This document shows, piece by piece, positions 31,633 through 32,000 of a DNA stretch of 32,000 nt. The position numbers and the translations under genes were made by a program. The notes below the pieces were generated by a model. That model had not been told where the DNA came from. It was given only the letters and a program-made list of their open reading frames with translations, and did not search any database. Source of the DNA: Pasteurella multocida (GTDB lineage: Bacteria > Pseudomonadota > Gammaproteobacteria > Enterobacterales > Pasteurellaceae); NCBI RefSeq assembly GCF_900187275.1, contig NZ_LT906458.1, positions 1,800,001 through 1,832,000 of the forward strand, in the 5' to 3' direction. How positions within the stretch are numbered: the first letter of the stretch is position 1; every line of letters starts with the position of its first letter.

Positions 31633-32000
31633 TTAAGGCATTGCAATGGCATACAAGCGGTAACTAACTTGACCGGTTATTTTTTCTTTGAGTATTGTCC
31701 AGTTCTCTGGGGCAATAATCGGTTTGTCTTTTTCCGTTTCCACATAAACCAATGCGTCAGGTTTTAGCCAATTATGTCGAGCTAATAAATCAACTGTTTG
31801 CTGTGCTAGACCGAAGTGAAAAGGCGGATCAATAAACACAATGTCAAAGTGCGGTGCAGTTTGGGGTTGATTTAAAAATTGCAGGCTATTTTGATTGATG
31901 ACGTTAGCCTGTTCTGCATTGCATTTTAACGTAGCAAGATTTTTGCTGAGTTGTGTCGCAACATTTTTATCTAGCTCTAAAAACGTCACCTGTTTTGCCT
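31633..32000 (-). CDS. rsmD: 16S rRNA (guanine966-N2)-methyltransferase RsmD, N-terminus outside window
   Basis: Frame runs off the window edge (AKQVTFLELDKNVATQLSKNLATLK...FDIVFIDPPFHFGLAQQTVDLL); DPPF catalytic motif. Confidence 0.93.
   Translation of the reverse strand, partial: AKQVTFLELDKNVATQLSKNLATLKCNAEQANVINQNSLQFLNQPQTAPHFDIVFIDPPFHFGLAQQTVDLLARHNWLKPDALVYVETEKDKPIIAPENWTILKEKITGQVSYRLYAIAMP

Overview
The window looks like core chromosome of a Haemophilus/Aggregatibacter-type Pasteurellaceae. The assignment rests on gene content and many Hin-type DNA uptake signal sequences (AAGTGCGGT / ACCGCACTT). In order it holds: the 3' part of atpC; tusA (-); yigZ-trkH-hemG (+); a complete rRNA operon (16S, tRNA-Ile(GAU), tRNA-Ala(UGC), 23S, 5S) with candidate P1/P2 promoters and boxA elements; a small secreted-protein ORF broken by an in-frame TAG; yfbU and mlaA (-); carA, a PhzF-family gene, a DJ-1/PfpI-family gene and carB (+); an IS200-like single-gene element inserted between convergent carB and gpmA; envC, a divergent polysaccharide deacetylase gene and an unassigned lipoprotein (+); a TonB-dependent receptor with a Fur-box-like site (-); comM and ysxC/engB (-); a DUF535 (VirK/YbjX) gene (+); trmL (-); a Slam (DUF560-type) outer-membrane protein with an adjacent predicted surface lipoprotein (-); and the 3' part of rsmD. 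I found no CRISPR array, prophage or clearly new defence system. The most interesting points are the Slam/lipoprotein pair with unknown ligand, the IS200-like leader that can sequester its ribosome binding site, the likely ArgR/PurR-type control region upstream of carA with carA and carB split by two unrelated genes, the TonB receptor with a charged Cys-containing insertion, and the amber-interrupted ORF. All family names come from reading the translations, not from database searches.
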